The notes under the pieces were generated by a model, which did not search any database, had not been told where the DNA came from, and saw only the letters and a list, made by a program, of their open reading frames with translations. Shown one piece after another: positions 1 to 8,979 of a DNA stretch of 64,000 bases. Within the stretch, counting starts at the first letter, position 1. Each line of letters opens with the position of its first letter. The position numbers and the translations under genes are program-made. Source of the DNA: Nitrospirota bacterium (GTDB lineage Bacteria; Nitrospirota; Thermodesulfovibrionia; Thermodesulfovibrionales; JdFR-86); the NCBI GenBank assembly GCA_963721805.1, contig CAVRJY010000002.1, positions 448,001 through 512,000 of the forward strand, read 5' to 3'.

Positions 1-643
1 CGACACTCTTTAGGGCGGGTCTGCCGTCCCTGTCCGGCCTCAGGTACTCGTATGCCACCAGGATCACAGGGAGGACCGCGGCGAGCTCCTTGGCCCCGAT
101 CGCCAGCGCCATCGCCAGCAGAGAGAGCGCATATGACCAGGACGCGGGCCTGCTTGCCCGCACGTACAGGTAGAGCGAGAGGAGCATGAAAAACACGCAG
201 ACCAGCGAGGTGCGGTCGGATATGAAAAGCACGGTGCCGCTCACGGCCGGGTGCAGGGCGAAGACCGCCGATGCCCCAAAGGCGACCGGCCACTTGTACA
301 TCCGCCGGAGCACCAGAAACGCGAGCAGGACCGATCCGGCATGGAGCAGGATGTTCGTCAGGTGGAACATGCCCGCGTCCGCCCCCCATAACTCATAGTC
401 AAGAGCCCATGAGACCATGCTCACAGGGCGATAGTAACCGGTTGGCTCAAGCACCTTGTCTTCGGACAATAGGAGGCGGGGAAGGGCGTTGATGTCCTTC
501 AGCAGGCGGTTGGATTCCACGGATACGTGGTCGTCAGAGACGAACCCGTAATGGATTGCGCCCATATATGGCATTGAGCCCAACAGGGCAAGCAACAGAA
601 ACGGCAGGATGGCGCGCGTGCGCACGAGACGGCCTTTTTCCAT
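1..643 (-). CDS. GT-C fold (TMTC/ArnT-like) membrane glycosyltransferase, 3' end runs off the window
   Basis: Not in the ORF track. Manual translation from ATG at 643: MEKGRLVRTRAILPFLLLALLG...GFVSDDH...GYYRPVS...FHLTNILLH...FALHP...LGAKE. The DD, YRP, HLTNxLLH and FALHP motifs are typical of TMTC-like GT-C enzymes. Confidence 0.8.
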   Translation of the reverse strand, partial: MEKGRLVRTRAILPFLLLALLGSMPYMGAIHYGFVSDDHVSVESNRLLKDINALPRLLLSEDKVLEPTGYYRPVSMVSWALDYELWGADAGMFHLTNILLHAGSVLLAFLVLRRMYKWPVAFGASAVFALHPAVSGTVLFISDRTSLVCVFFMLLSLYLYVRASRPASWSYALSLLAMALAIGAKELAAVLPVILVAYEYLRPDRDGRPALKSV

Positions 644-690
644 ATTGGGCAACTTTCCTCCAGTCTGTAGCGAAGCCTTCGCGCGCTTTT

Positions 691-1413
691 TCATGGCCTG
701 CGCCCCACCGCGAACACGGAACTGCCAAACGGCAGAGGCACGGCTTCGGGGATCCGGTTTTCGAGGCGCATCAGGGCAAGGAGGGCGTGGTTTATGAGCC
801 GTGGCGGCAGGTTCACGTCCGAGCCCCGGAGGCCGAGCATCCTGCCGGCTACCCGCCAGGCCAGGATCGCCGGAAACAGCGCGCATACCCTGTAAGTCGC
901 GTATTCGACCGAGAAGCCCGCCGCCTCAATCATTCCGGTCAGCCTCGATTTGGTATAGCGCCGGACGGCATTGACCGCGAGATCGTGCGGCCCGCGCATG
1001 AACTTGTAGGCCGGTACATTGACGATAAGCAACCCGCCAGGCCTCAGCGCGCGGTAGAACCTCCTGAGCAGGTGAACCTCATCGGCGATGCCCCGTTGGC
1101 AAAGGACGTCAATGCACGTTAGGACGTCATACCTGCCCGAGCCCAGCTCCGCGTGGTTAAGGTCGGCGCGGCTGGCCTTTACGCCCCGCCGTTGCGTGAT
1201 CTCCACGGCGGCCTCTGAGAACTCCAGCCCCTCGGCATCGAGGTGCGGCCCCAGGAGTTCGAGCAGCCTGCCGGTGCCGCATCCGGCGTCGAGCAGCCTC
1301 CCCCCGCTGCGGGCTCCTGCGAGCACGGTGCGCAGCACCTTTTCGTGCAGCGCGACGTACCACCAGTGCGCGTCTTCGGCCTTGCGCATCTTTATGTACT
1401 CGGCGCTCCGCAT
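691..1413 (-). CDS. Class I SAM-dependent methyltransferase
   Basis: LLDAGCGTG motif I, EDxHWWY N-terminus, LRPGG motif. Confidence 0.9.
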   Translation of the reverse strand: MRSAEYIKMRKAEDAHWWYVALHEKVLRTVLAGARSGGRLLDAGCGTGRLLELLGPHLDAEGLEFSEAAVEITQRRGVKASRADLNHAELGSGRYDVLTCIDVLCQRGIADEVHLLRRFYRALRPGGLLIVNVPAYKFMRGPHDLAVNAVRRYTKSRLTGMIEAAGFSVEYATYRVCALFPAILAWRVAGRMLGLRGSDVNLPPRLINHALLALMRLENRIPEAVPLPFGSSVFAVGRRP

Positions 1414-1415
1414 CG

Positions 1416-2528
1416 TTATCCGAAAAATCCCCTTACGGTCTCGGCCACTTGCGCTGCCTCATCGGGCCTCAGGCCGGGCCACATCGGGAGCGAGAGTATC
1501 TCCGAGGCCGCGCGCTCAGTCACCGGGAGGCTCCCGGCGCCGAGCCCCAAAAAACCGTAGCCGCTCATCATGTGCACCGGCGTCGGGTAGTTGACCTTCG
1601 TGCCGATGCCGTTACGGGCAAGATATGTCGCCAGCGAGTCGCGCCGCGATGTGCGAATGGTATAGGCATAATACTGGTGGCTGCGCCCGGGGGGCTCCAC
1701 CGGAAGGCGCAGGTCGCCAGCGCCTTCGAGCATATCGGAATATATTGCCGCGCACGCCCTGCGCCTGCTGACGGCCTCGTCGAGGCGGGCGAGCCTCACC
1801 CTGAGCACAGCGGCCTGCAGCTCGTCGAGCCTTGAGTTGTAGCCCTCCTCGACCGAGTAGTACCCTCCGCCCTCCATGCCGTAGAACCTCAGTCTGCCGA
1901 GCCTCTTGGCTATGCCGTCATCCGAGGTTAGCACCGCACCAGCATCCCCGAGCGCGCCGAGCACCTTGGTCGGATAGAAGGAGAACGCGCCGATATCCCC
2001 GATGCCCCCAACCCGGAGTATGCCGAACCGTGCGCCCGCGGCCTGCGCGCAGTCCTCTATCACCCGCAGCCCGTGCCGGTGCGCGGCCTCCATGACGGCA
2101 TCCATATCGGCTGGCAGCCCGTAGAGGTGCACCGGCAGTATCGCGCGCGTGGCCCCGGTGACGGCGTCATCTAACAGCGACGCATCCATAAGCAGGTGCC
2201 CGTCCTCGACGTCCACGAAGACCGGCGTCGCCCCGGCCGCCCTGATGGCCGAAACAGTGGGCACGGCTGTGTTTGAAACGGTTATTACCTCGTCTCCGGG
2301 GCCGATGTCCAGGGCCTTTAAGGCCAGAAAGATCGCGTCCGTGCCGGAGTTCACCCCGACCGCATGCCGGACGCCGGCATATCCGGCCAGCTCGCGCTCG
2401 AACCCCTCGACCTCGGGGCCGAGTATCAGGCGGCCGCTCCTGAGGACCCTCTGTATCGCGCCTAGCACGATGGGCTCCTCCAGGGCGTACTCCCTCAGAT
2501 AATCCCAGTAGGGGATCAGATCAGGCAT
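1416..2528 (-). CDS. DegT/DnrJ/EryC1/StrS family PLP sugar aminotransferase (DnrJ/EvaB-like 3-aminotransferase)
   Basis: IEDCAQA, FSFYPTKVLG, GYNSRLDE motifs and WDYLxEY N-terminus. Start moved to MPDLIP at 2528. Confidence 0.9.
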   Translation of the reverse strand: MPDLIPYWDYLREYALEEPIVLGAIQRVLRSGRLILGPEVEGFERELAGYAGVRHAVGVNSGTDAIFLALKALDIGPGDEVITVSNTAVPTVSAIRAAGATPVFVDVEDGHLLMDASLLDDAVTGATRAILPVHLYGLPADMDAVMEAAHRHGLRVIEDCAQAAGARFGILRVGGIGDIGAFSFYPTKVLGALGDAGAVLTSDDGIAKRLGRLRFYGMEGGGYYSVEEGYNSRLDELQAAVLRVRLARLDEAVSRRRACAAIYSDMLEGAGDLRLPVEPPGRSHQYYAYTIRTSRRDSLATYLARNGIGTKVNYPTPVHMMSGYGFLGLGAGSLPVTERAASEILSLPMWPGLRPDEAAQVAETVRGFFG

Positions 2529-3232
2529 GACAGTATGCTCCTGGCGCAGGCGTTTACGTGTTCGCCGAAGTGAATGAAAAAGCGTATCTGCGAGATGTTC
2601 ATCCAGATGTAGCCGGGCGGGGCGTCCAGCCGGTCCCCTTCCCTGAGCATCATGATCCTGTGCCTCTGCTGCTCCCTGTAGAAACGGCCGCCCTCCTCTG
2701 ACTGCCATCCCTCCCACAGGGGCGCGAAGCGTCCGCCCCCGCTAAACTCGCTGAATAGAAACGGTGGGACGAGCTTTCTGTTTTCCTGGTAGTTCGAGGG
2801 CGTGAACTGAACCGTGGGCGCGATCTGGATCAGCGAACGGTTGCCGACGTCGGCCTTGCCCTGCATGAGGAAGTGTATGCGCCCGTTATGCCTGCCCAGG
2901 AGCAGGCCGATTACGCCTGTGCCTATATTGTCCATGATCGGCTGGCACCAGGAGCGTACCTCGCGCCCGGTCCCCTCGACGCACATGCCGATGATGCGGA
3001 AGAACTTCCCTGCCCGGTTGGAGTAGAAGCCCTCATTGTCGTACCCCCACTCCGAGAGCGTCGAGAGGCCCTCGTGCTTCACCCTCAAGTGGTTATCGGC
3101 CTTCATCGCGTCGATCCATGCGACGAGGTCGCGCAGGGTTACGAGGTCGGCCGCTCCGCCGCACCCAAGGGCTTCGAGCGCGATTTCCTCGCGGAGTGAG
3201 GACAGCAGCTTTTCCCCTGCGGCATCGGTCAT
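2516..3232 (-). CDS. NDP-hexose 2,3-dehydratase family protein, second half-domain
   Basis: WCQP, APTVQ, QSEEGGRFY motifs. ATG at 3232 overlaps the upstream stop (ATGA). Confidence 0.85.
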   Translation of the reverse strand: MTDAAGEKLLSSLREEIALEALGCGGAADLVTLRDLVAWIDAMKADNHLRVKHEGLSTLSEWGYDNEGFYSNRAGKFFRIIGMCVEGTGREVRSWCQPIMDNIGTGVIGLLLGRHNGRIHFLMQGKADVGNRSLIQIAPTVQFTPSNYQENRKLVPPFLFSEFSGGGRFAPLWEGWQSEEGGRFYREQQRHRIMMLREGDRLDAPPGYIWMNISQIRFFIHFGEHVNACARSILSCLI

Positions 3233-4002
3233 ACGAAGGCCGCCAGCACGCTTCGCGCGCAGTAGTTCACGACGTTGTCGCGGAGGATCAGATTTCTGAT
3301 CTGCCGGAGCGTGAGCCATATGAAGTTTTCCGGCAGAGGGGCAAGCTCGGCGGGTTCGACGCGCACCACCATGTTGCGGTTGGATTTATACAGGAACCTG
3401 CCGCCGTCCTCGCTCTGGAGCCTTGAGTATATGACGCGCTCCGGCCCTGGCGAAGTAAACAGGCCGACATAGAGAGGGAGCGAGCCGCCGTGCGACCGGC
3501 TGTAGTTGGAAAACGTGGCCTGCACGGTAGGCGAGAGCTGAATAGAGTTTATGTTGCCGGGCTCTTCCTTGGCCTGAAGGCAGAGGTGCAGTATGCCATT
3601 GATCTTCGCGGCCGCTATGCCGAGAATCCCGACCTCGGGCTGCTCCAGTATGGGCTGGTCCCACTGGGTCTCGCGCCGGCCCTCGCGGTGGCGCACGCTC
3701 ACGCCGGTCACGCTGAAAAACCTGCCGGACTCGTGCTCGATGTTGCCGCTTGCGGGGTCGGCCCGCCAGCCCCTGACCTCTCCGACCGGCACTACCGAGG
3801 CCCTCAAGCTGGGCCTCCCCATCAGGGCTTCCAGCCACTCGTCGACCTCTGTGTCCGCATGCAGCGCATCCGCGATCAGTTTGGACTCGATGACGTCGGC
3901 CATGGTATTGCGGTCAAGGCCCACATTATAAAATGCTCCGGCTGCGCCGCAGTCAACGTCCGTATAGCTGCGCAGAGTTTTATCGCCCGGCTCAGCCCGC
4001 AT
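3229..4002 (-). CDS. NDP-hexose 2,3-dehydratase family protein, first half-domain
   Basis: HESGRFFS, WDQPIL, QAKEEPGN, LSPTVQATxSNY, QSEDGGRF, KSNRNM motifs. Start may be 3903. Confidence 0.85.
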   Translation of the reverse strand: MRAEPGDKTLRSYTDVDCGAAGAFYNVGLDRNTMADVIESKLIADALHADTEVDEWLEALMGRPSLRASVVPVGEVRGWRADPASGNIEHESGRFFSVTGVSVRHREGRRETQWDQPILEQPEVGILGIAAAKINGILHLCLQAKEEPGNINSIQLSPTVQATFSNYSRSHGGSLPLYVGLFTSPGPERVIYSRLQSEDGGRFLYKSNRNMVVRVEPAELAPLPENFIWLTLRQIRNLILRDNVVNYCARSVLAAFV

Positions 4003-4972
4003 GCTTAAACCTCCGCCCGGCGGCAGGCTCGACCGCGGCCAGGTTGTGCCTGACCTCCCGGACCACGAACTGCGGGCCCTTGTTTATATGCATGTAGACG
4101 CGGCCGACGTATTCGCCTATGATGCTCAACGCCAGGCAATTGATACCCAGCATGATGAGTATAAAACCGACAAGATCGTTGCTGAAGCCGTTGGACGAGT
4201 GCTGAGCAAGGTCAACAAGTAAGTTCGCCATGTTGAAGACATTGATGAGCACTCCGGCGACGATCATCAGGAAACCGACCACGCCGATCAGCCTGATCGG
4301 GAAGAGCGAGAAATTGACGACCATGTTGCCCCACAGCGATATGAGCTTCCTGATGGTATATCCGGAGCGGCCCCTGCGGCGTACGTCGTGTTCCACGATC
4401 ACGGTGCCGATATTCGACGTCGAGCGCATGATGATGCCGTCTATGTACGGGTCCGGGCCTGTGTACCGGATGATTTCATCCACGATGAAGCGCTTGACCA
4501 CCTTGAAGCTCGACAGGTAGAGGTTGCCAGGCTTTTTAAGCAGCATCTTGGCCATGACGTCATTGAGCGCGCTGCCGAAGTTCCTGATGAAACCGTGGCG
4601 CTTGACAATGAAGGCCGTATACACCACATCGTAACCCTTCTGGATCTCCTCGACGAGCTTTTCGACCTCCTCCGGGGGGTTCTGGAAATCGTCGTCCATG
4701 ATGACGCAGTACCGGCCGGTGACGTGGTGGAGCCCGGCCATGACCGCGTTATGCTCCCCGAAATTCCTCGCCAGGGTCACGTGAGTGACGATCTCGGGAA
4801 ACTCCGCCTGAAGCGCGCGGCAGATGCCCTCGGTGCCGTCGGCGCTGCCGTCGTTGACCGTTATTATCTGAAGCGCATAGCGCTGGCCGTATAGTTTTAT
4901 GATCCTCTGCACCAGAGCCCCTATGGTCTGTTCAGAGTTGTAAGCCGGGATCAATATCGAAAGCCTGATCAC
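3992..4972 (-). CDS. GT2 undecaprenyl-phosphate glycosyltransferase (ArnC/GtrB-like)
   Basis: IPAYN, NDGSADG, RNFGEH, MDDDFQNPP motifs, two C-terminal TM helices, GEYVGR. Confidence 0.9.
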   Translation of the reverse strand: MIRLSILIPAYNSEQTIGALVQRIIKLYGQRYALQIITVNDGSADGTEGICRALQAEFPEIVTHVTLARNFGEHNAVMAGLHHVTGRYCVIMDDDFQNPPEEVEKLVEEIQKGYDVVYTAFIVKRHGFIRNFGSALNDVMAKMLLKKPGNLYLSSFKVVKRFIVDEIIRYTGPDPYIDGIIMRSTSNIGTVIVEHDVRRRGRSGYTIRKLISLWGNMVVNFSLFPIRLIGVVGFLMIVAGVLINVFNMANLLVDLAQHSSNGFSNDLVGFILIMLGINCLALSIIGEYVGRVYMHINKGPQFVVREVRHNLAAVEPAAGRRFKHAG

Positions 4973-5068
4973 CCTTGACCTCCCCTTTTTCGGCCCTGCG
5001 GTGAATGGGAAACGCCGCGCGGCCTGTGCGGTTGATTGTTACTGCTTATCTTTCGAGGTCTTGCTTGA

Positions 5069-5497
5069 TCAGGCTGCGGGAGGGGAGAGCCCGCTTGTCA
5101 CGGGCAGGATGGGAGAGCCAAAGGCAGGCAATAACGAACGGTAACTGCTTTCCGGCGATGCGTTAACAAGAACATTCGGCGCTCTGGGTGAGACAGCCGC
5201 AAGATTATTACTGCGATATTTTATAGGGACTTTGGGCTTGCAGTCCCTCAGGACCACTTTCTTCTTCTGGACTATGATTATACGGTCGCCGCTATCGTTG
5301 TTATCGTCCACGTCCGTGGTGTCGAGGCTAAAAACCTCGGACAGCAATTTGCTGAAATAGAAAAGCTCATAACGCACCGTGAGGGCAGGACCCTCGGTAC
5401 AGCTCTTCTTTATGTCCGGTATCGACGAAAAAAGCGGGGAGGCCGCATAGATCGAAAACAAAATAATGAAGCAGTATGCGGGTTTTCTGATATTCAT
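5069..5497 (-). CDS. Hypothetical protein with N-terminal signal/TM segment and C-terminal SGLSPP
   Basis: 142-aa ORF, hydrophobic N-terminus, co-oriented with and about 95 bp upstream of the GT2 operon. Confidence 0.5.
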   Translation of the reverse strand: MNIRKPAYCFIILFSIYAASPLFSSIPDIKKSCTEGPALTVRYELFYFSKLLSEVFSLDTTDVDDNNDSGDRIIIVQKKKVVLRDCKPKVPIKYRSNNLAAVSPRAPNVLVNASPESSYRSLLPAFGSPILPVTSGLSPPAA

Positions 5498-5933
5498 CTT
5501 GCTTTAAGATAACACATACAAACGGCCAAAGGTCAAGCCTCCGCGGCCCATCTCAGTGCATGTTAGCGCGGCATGGAACATCTGTGCATCGTGACCCCTG
5601 ATTATTAAGAATAATCTTTTCAGGGCGTTGCTTGTTTTGTGAATGAGCCGGATGGGCTGCAATGCGCTGGAGATTCAGCCCGGCAGGTACGGTATTGGTA
5701 CAGCTTTGGGCATGAAATGTGGCGAAGTAAGCCTTCCGCTCGCGCGCACGAATACGGGAGGTTCGGATTTCCAGCTTTCTTGGCCGCACCAATTTGCGGC
5801 GTGTCACTCTCGCACTCACAGGCGGGAAATTATCCGGCTTAGTCGCCCAAAACGTGTTTAGCGTTTGACCTTCCGTAAAGAACCGTCTGACAAATCCGGG
5901 CGATTCCAGTCGGGTGTCCGCGTAAGAGGCGTT

Positions 5934-5950
5934 GCGGCACAAGCATTGCT
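5934..5950 (+). promoter_or_regulatory. Putative sigma54 (-24/-12) promoter
   Basis: GCGGCACAAGCATTGCT: GG (5936-37), N10, GC (5948-49), matching GGCAC...TTGC. About 310 bp upstream of 6262. Confidence 0.55.
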
Positions 5951-6261
5951 TCTAGGATTGACAGTTGGTGCATCTGCTGCCATGATGTACAAAATACGGG
6001 TGATATAAAGGTCTGGGGGGCCTGCCCGTTATTCTCAACTAGCACGCAGATAACCCCCTTTTTTGGCAGCTTGCCAGACAAAGTTGTTAGAAGGCGCCGG
6101 GGATGGGCCGGAGCCGGAGAAACGAGAAGGGATGAAAAGGAGAATGCGGGAGATGAAGATGCGGGGGGCTCACATGGATAGCGTCAGTTGTGGCGTGCCG
6201 TCGGCGACAGGTCAAGTGCTTTTCCCTGATAACTCTACGCGGATAAACTTCGGAGGTCATA

Positions 6262-8979
6262 ATGAAATTTAAGTTTTTGCTCGTCTTCGGTCTTGTCTTG
6301 CTGATTGCGACCGCGGCGACGGCCGCGACGCTGCCCGGCATCTCCAGCCTGGGCACATTGTCATACGGTGAGAACTTCAGGCCAACTGACGTTGCGGTCG
6401 CAGCAAACGGCGACGCTTATGTCACGGACTGGTTTAACAGGGCCGTCGACGTGTTTGACTACAAGGGCAATTTCATCATGAAGGTCAGCCCTGACAGGAA
6501 CCTTTATCCGGTCTCGGTCGCGGTCGACTCCGCCGGCAGGGTGTATGTCGGGCTGTCTAACATCTCGACTGGCTCCGATTCAGGCGCTGTCAAGGTATAC
6601 GACGCCAGCCTTGCGAATCCCGTCACCCTCGGCAGCGGCCTTCATTCCGTTTCATCCATAGCCGTCGATGCAGCGAAGGTGTACGTTGCCGATACCGCCG
6701 ACAACGCGGTCAGGATTTACAACATTAACACCCGGGCCCTGATTTCGAGCATAACCTCGGTAAGCACACCCGTAGCCGTTGCGGTCGCCCCCTCCGGGGA
6801 CATTGTCGTGCTCGACAGGCCTACCGTGGCGCTGGGCGACGGTAAAAGCTTCGGTTCAAGGGGCCGGATATTCGGAAGCAACGGCGCACTGAAGGCGACG
6901 CTGTTCTCCTATCTGCCTACTGACGTCGGTGACCCGGTCGTGACGGCCCCCGGCGGAGCGGTAGTCGACGGCCAGGGCCGCATCTACGTGAGCGATGCAA
7001 CGAGCGGCGAGATCCAGGTATATGACGCTACCGGCGCCTATGTCGGCAAGCTTGAGCTTGCCGCAATCACGCAAAACGGGAAGGCCAAAGGAATGGCGAT
7101 GGGCGCCGACGGACGGCTCCTCGTTGCGGAGCCCGGCGCGGTCCAGATACTGGGCGTCGACGCCTACGTCGCACTTGATGTGACGGGCGGCCCGCTCGAC
7201 TTCAGCGGCTCGGGCTGCAGCCCGAGCATCGCATCTCAGAACCTTACCGTGGTGAATAACGGCAGTGGCACACTCGCATGGAGCTCCTCTGCCGATTCAG
7301 CCTGGATACTGCCGTCTCCATCCTCAGGTTCGATCAACGGCAGCGGCAACGATACCATCGCGGTGTCTATTGACGCCTCGACGCTCAGCGCGGGTATGCA
7401 CACAGGTTATGTCATTGTCAGCGCCCCCGGAGCCCAGGTGAAGGTAAAGGTGACAGTGACGATAGCCTCTTCTACAGGCATCTCCACTTCGCCTTCGGCG
7501 ATCAGCCTCGTCGCTGACAGCGTATCGAGCTCGACCGCAAACCTGAGCCTCTCTGTCGACAACGGGGTCTCGTGGACCGCAAATGCCGACCAGACGTGGG
7601 TCCAGATCACGCCCGCAAGCGGCACCTCAAGCTGGATCATACAGATATCGGCGGATGCGAGCGGCAAGACGACCGGCACGTACCCCGCTAGCGTCACCCT
7701 GAGCGCTGACGGCTGCAGCGCCGATACGGTAATAGTCCCGGTCACGCTCAACGTAGTCATCGGAGCGACCATCAACGTAACTACCAACATCGCGGCCGGC
7801 AACTACACTATCACAGGCCCCGGAGTCCCGATTCCCCCCGGCCACGGCAGCAACTCCTATTCGGTAAGCGCCGGAACATACACCATAACATATGGCACGG
7901 TGAAGGGTTACAAGGCCCCGGACCCGGTCACTCAGACGCTGCCTGACGGCGGCGTGCTGAACGCTTCCGGCACATACCTGAGCCTCGCCCAGACGGATCA
8001 GATAATCGTCAGCAGGGGCAGCGGCGTCTGCTCTTCGGACGAGACGGAGGCCATAAAGGCCTTCACCGCCAGCGGCGCCCTCAAGGCGTCCTATAAGGAA
8101 TACGACGGGTGCGGCGCCGCCGGAGCGCGGGTGAGCGGCCTGTTGACCGCTGCCGGCATAATGAACGCGTTTGACGCCGCGGCAGACCTGGTCGTGGGCG
8201 GCATTGAAGGCAACCAGGCCAACGCATTCAGCGGCACCGGCCCCGGCATGAACGTGCTCAGCAGCAATATCGCATTCAGCGGCAATATCGGCTCGGTGGC
8301 CACCGGCGACCTCAACGGAGATGGCGTCTCCGAGATCGTCGTTGGCGAGGCCGCTGGCGGAGCCGGACGATTCACGATCTATACCGTATCCGGCAGCTCC
8401 GTTACAAACTCTACTGACTTCGACAGCGGTTGCGCCGCCCTCGGGGTCTCGGTAGCGGCCGGCGACGTTGACGGTGACGGCATCCCCGAAGTCATAACGG
8501 CCTGCGCCACCGGAAGCAACCCGGCCCCTGAGGCGACGATCTGGTGGCTCGATCCGTCTGATTTCGTGACGGTTACCAAGAGCGCGGAAGTCGCACTTGG
8601 CGCGACCATGGACGGCGTTCAGCTGACGACAGGCGACGTGGACGGCTTCGGCACCCCTCTGATAATCGCATCCACAGTTCCAAACGCCACGGTAAGCTCG
8701 GCTACTGTACAGATGATGGATTCAACCGGCGCAGTGAAGCATACGGTCAAGGTCGGCTCCGGCGCCATTGGCAGGAACGTCTCGGTCGCCTCCGGCGACG
8801 TCAACGCCGACGGCGTGGCCGAGGTGGCGATAGGCCGGCCTGCACAGAAAATGAACGGCATGGTCAGCATAATACGGATCACGGGCAACAGCGCAGTGAC
8901 TCTCAAGGCCTTCCGGCCGTTCGGCAGCACCAGGATACATGGAACCAGGGTGTCCATTGGAAAGGTGGTAGCACAGTGA
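6262..8979 (+). CDS. Secreted NHL-repeat beta-propeller / BACON x2 / FG-GAP repeat protein
   Basis: Signal peptide; NHL-like repeats (PTDVAV, PVSVAVDSAGRVYV, VDGQGRIYVSD); two W..SADxxW..P.SG BACON-like domains; four GD(L/V)xxxG FG-GAP-like repeats; GGAGG RBS. Confidence 0.85.
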   Translation: MKFKFLLVFGLVLLIATAATAATLPGISSLGTLSYGENFRPTDVAVAANGDAYVTDWFNRAVDVFDYKGNFIMKVSPDRNLYPVSVAVDSAGRVYVGLSNISTGSDSGAVKVYDASLANPVTLGSGLHSVSSIAVDAAKVYVADTADNAVRIYNINTRALISSITSVSTPVAVAVAPSGDIVVLDRPTVALGDGKSFGSRGRIFGSNGALKATLFSYLPTDVGDPVVTAPGGAVVDGQGRIYVSDATSGEIQVYDATGAYVGKLELAAITQNGKAKGMAMGADGRLLVAEPGAVQILGVDAYVALDVTGGPLDFSGSGCSPSIASQNLTVVNNGSGTLAWSSSADSAWILPSPSSGSINGSGNDTIAVSIDASTLSAGMHTGYVIVSAPGAQVKVKVTVTIASSTGISTSPSAISLVADSVSSSTANLSLSVDNGVSWTANADQTWVQITPASGTSSWIIQISADASGKTTGTYPASVTLSADGCSADTVIVPVTLNVVIGATINVTTNIAAGNYTITGPGVPIPPGHGSNSYSVSAGTYTITYGTVKGYKAPDPVTQTLPDGGVLNASGTYLSLAQTDQIIVSRGSGVCSSDETEAIKAFTASGALKASYKEYDGCGAAGARVSGLLTAAGIMNAFDAAADLVVGGIEGNQANAFSGTGPGMNVLSSNIAFSGNIGSVATGDLNGDGVSEIVVGEAAGGAGRFTIYTVSGSSVTNSTDFDSGCAALGVSVAAGDVDGDGIPEVITACATGSNPAPEATIWWLDPSDFVTVTKSAEVALGATMDGVQLTTGDVDGFGTPLIIASTVPNATVSSATVQMMDSTGAVKHTVKVGSGAIGRNVSVASGDVNADGVAEVAIGRPAQKMNGMVSIIRITGNSAVTLKAFRPFGSTRIHGTRVSIGKVVAQ

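Noticed and set aside
5960..6261. Possible second GEMM riboswitch in the cytochrome operon leader
   Set aside because: No AAACC...GAAA...GC-AAA-GC core found on inspection.
5553..6356. Short ORFs in the intergenic region before the NHL gene
   Set aside because: Overlapping, motif-free and without RBS; more consistent with a regulatory region.
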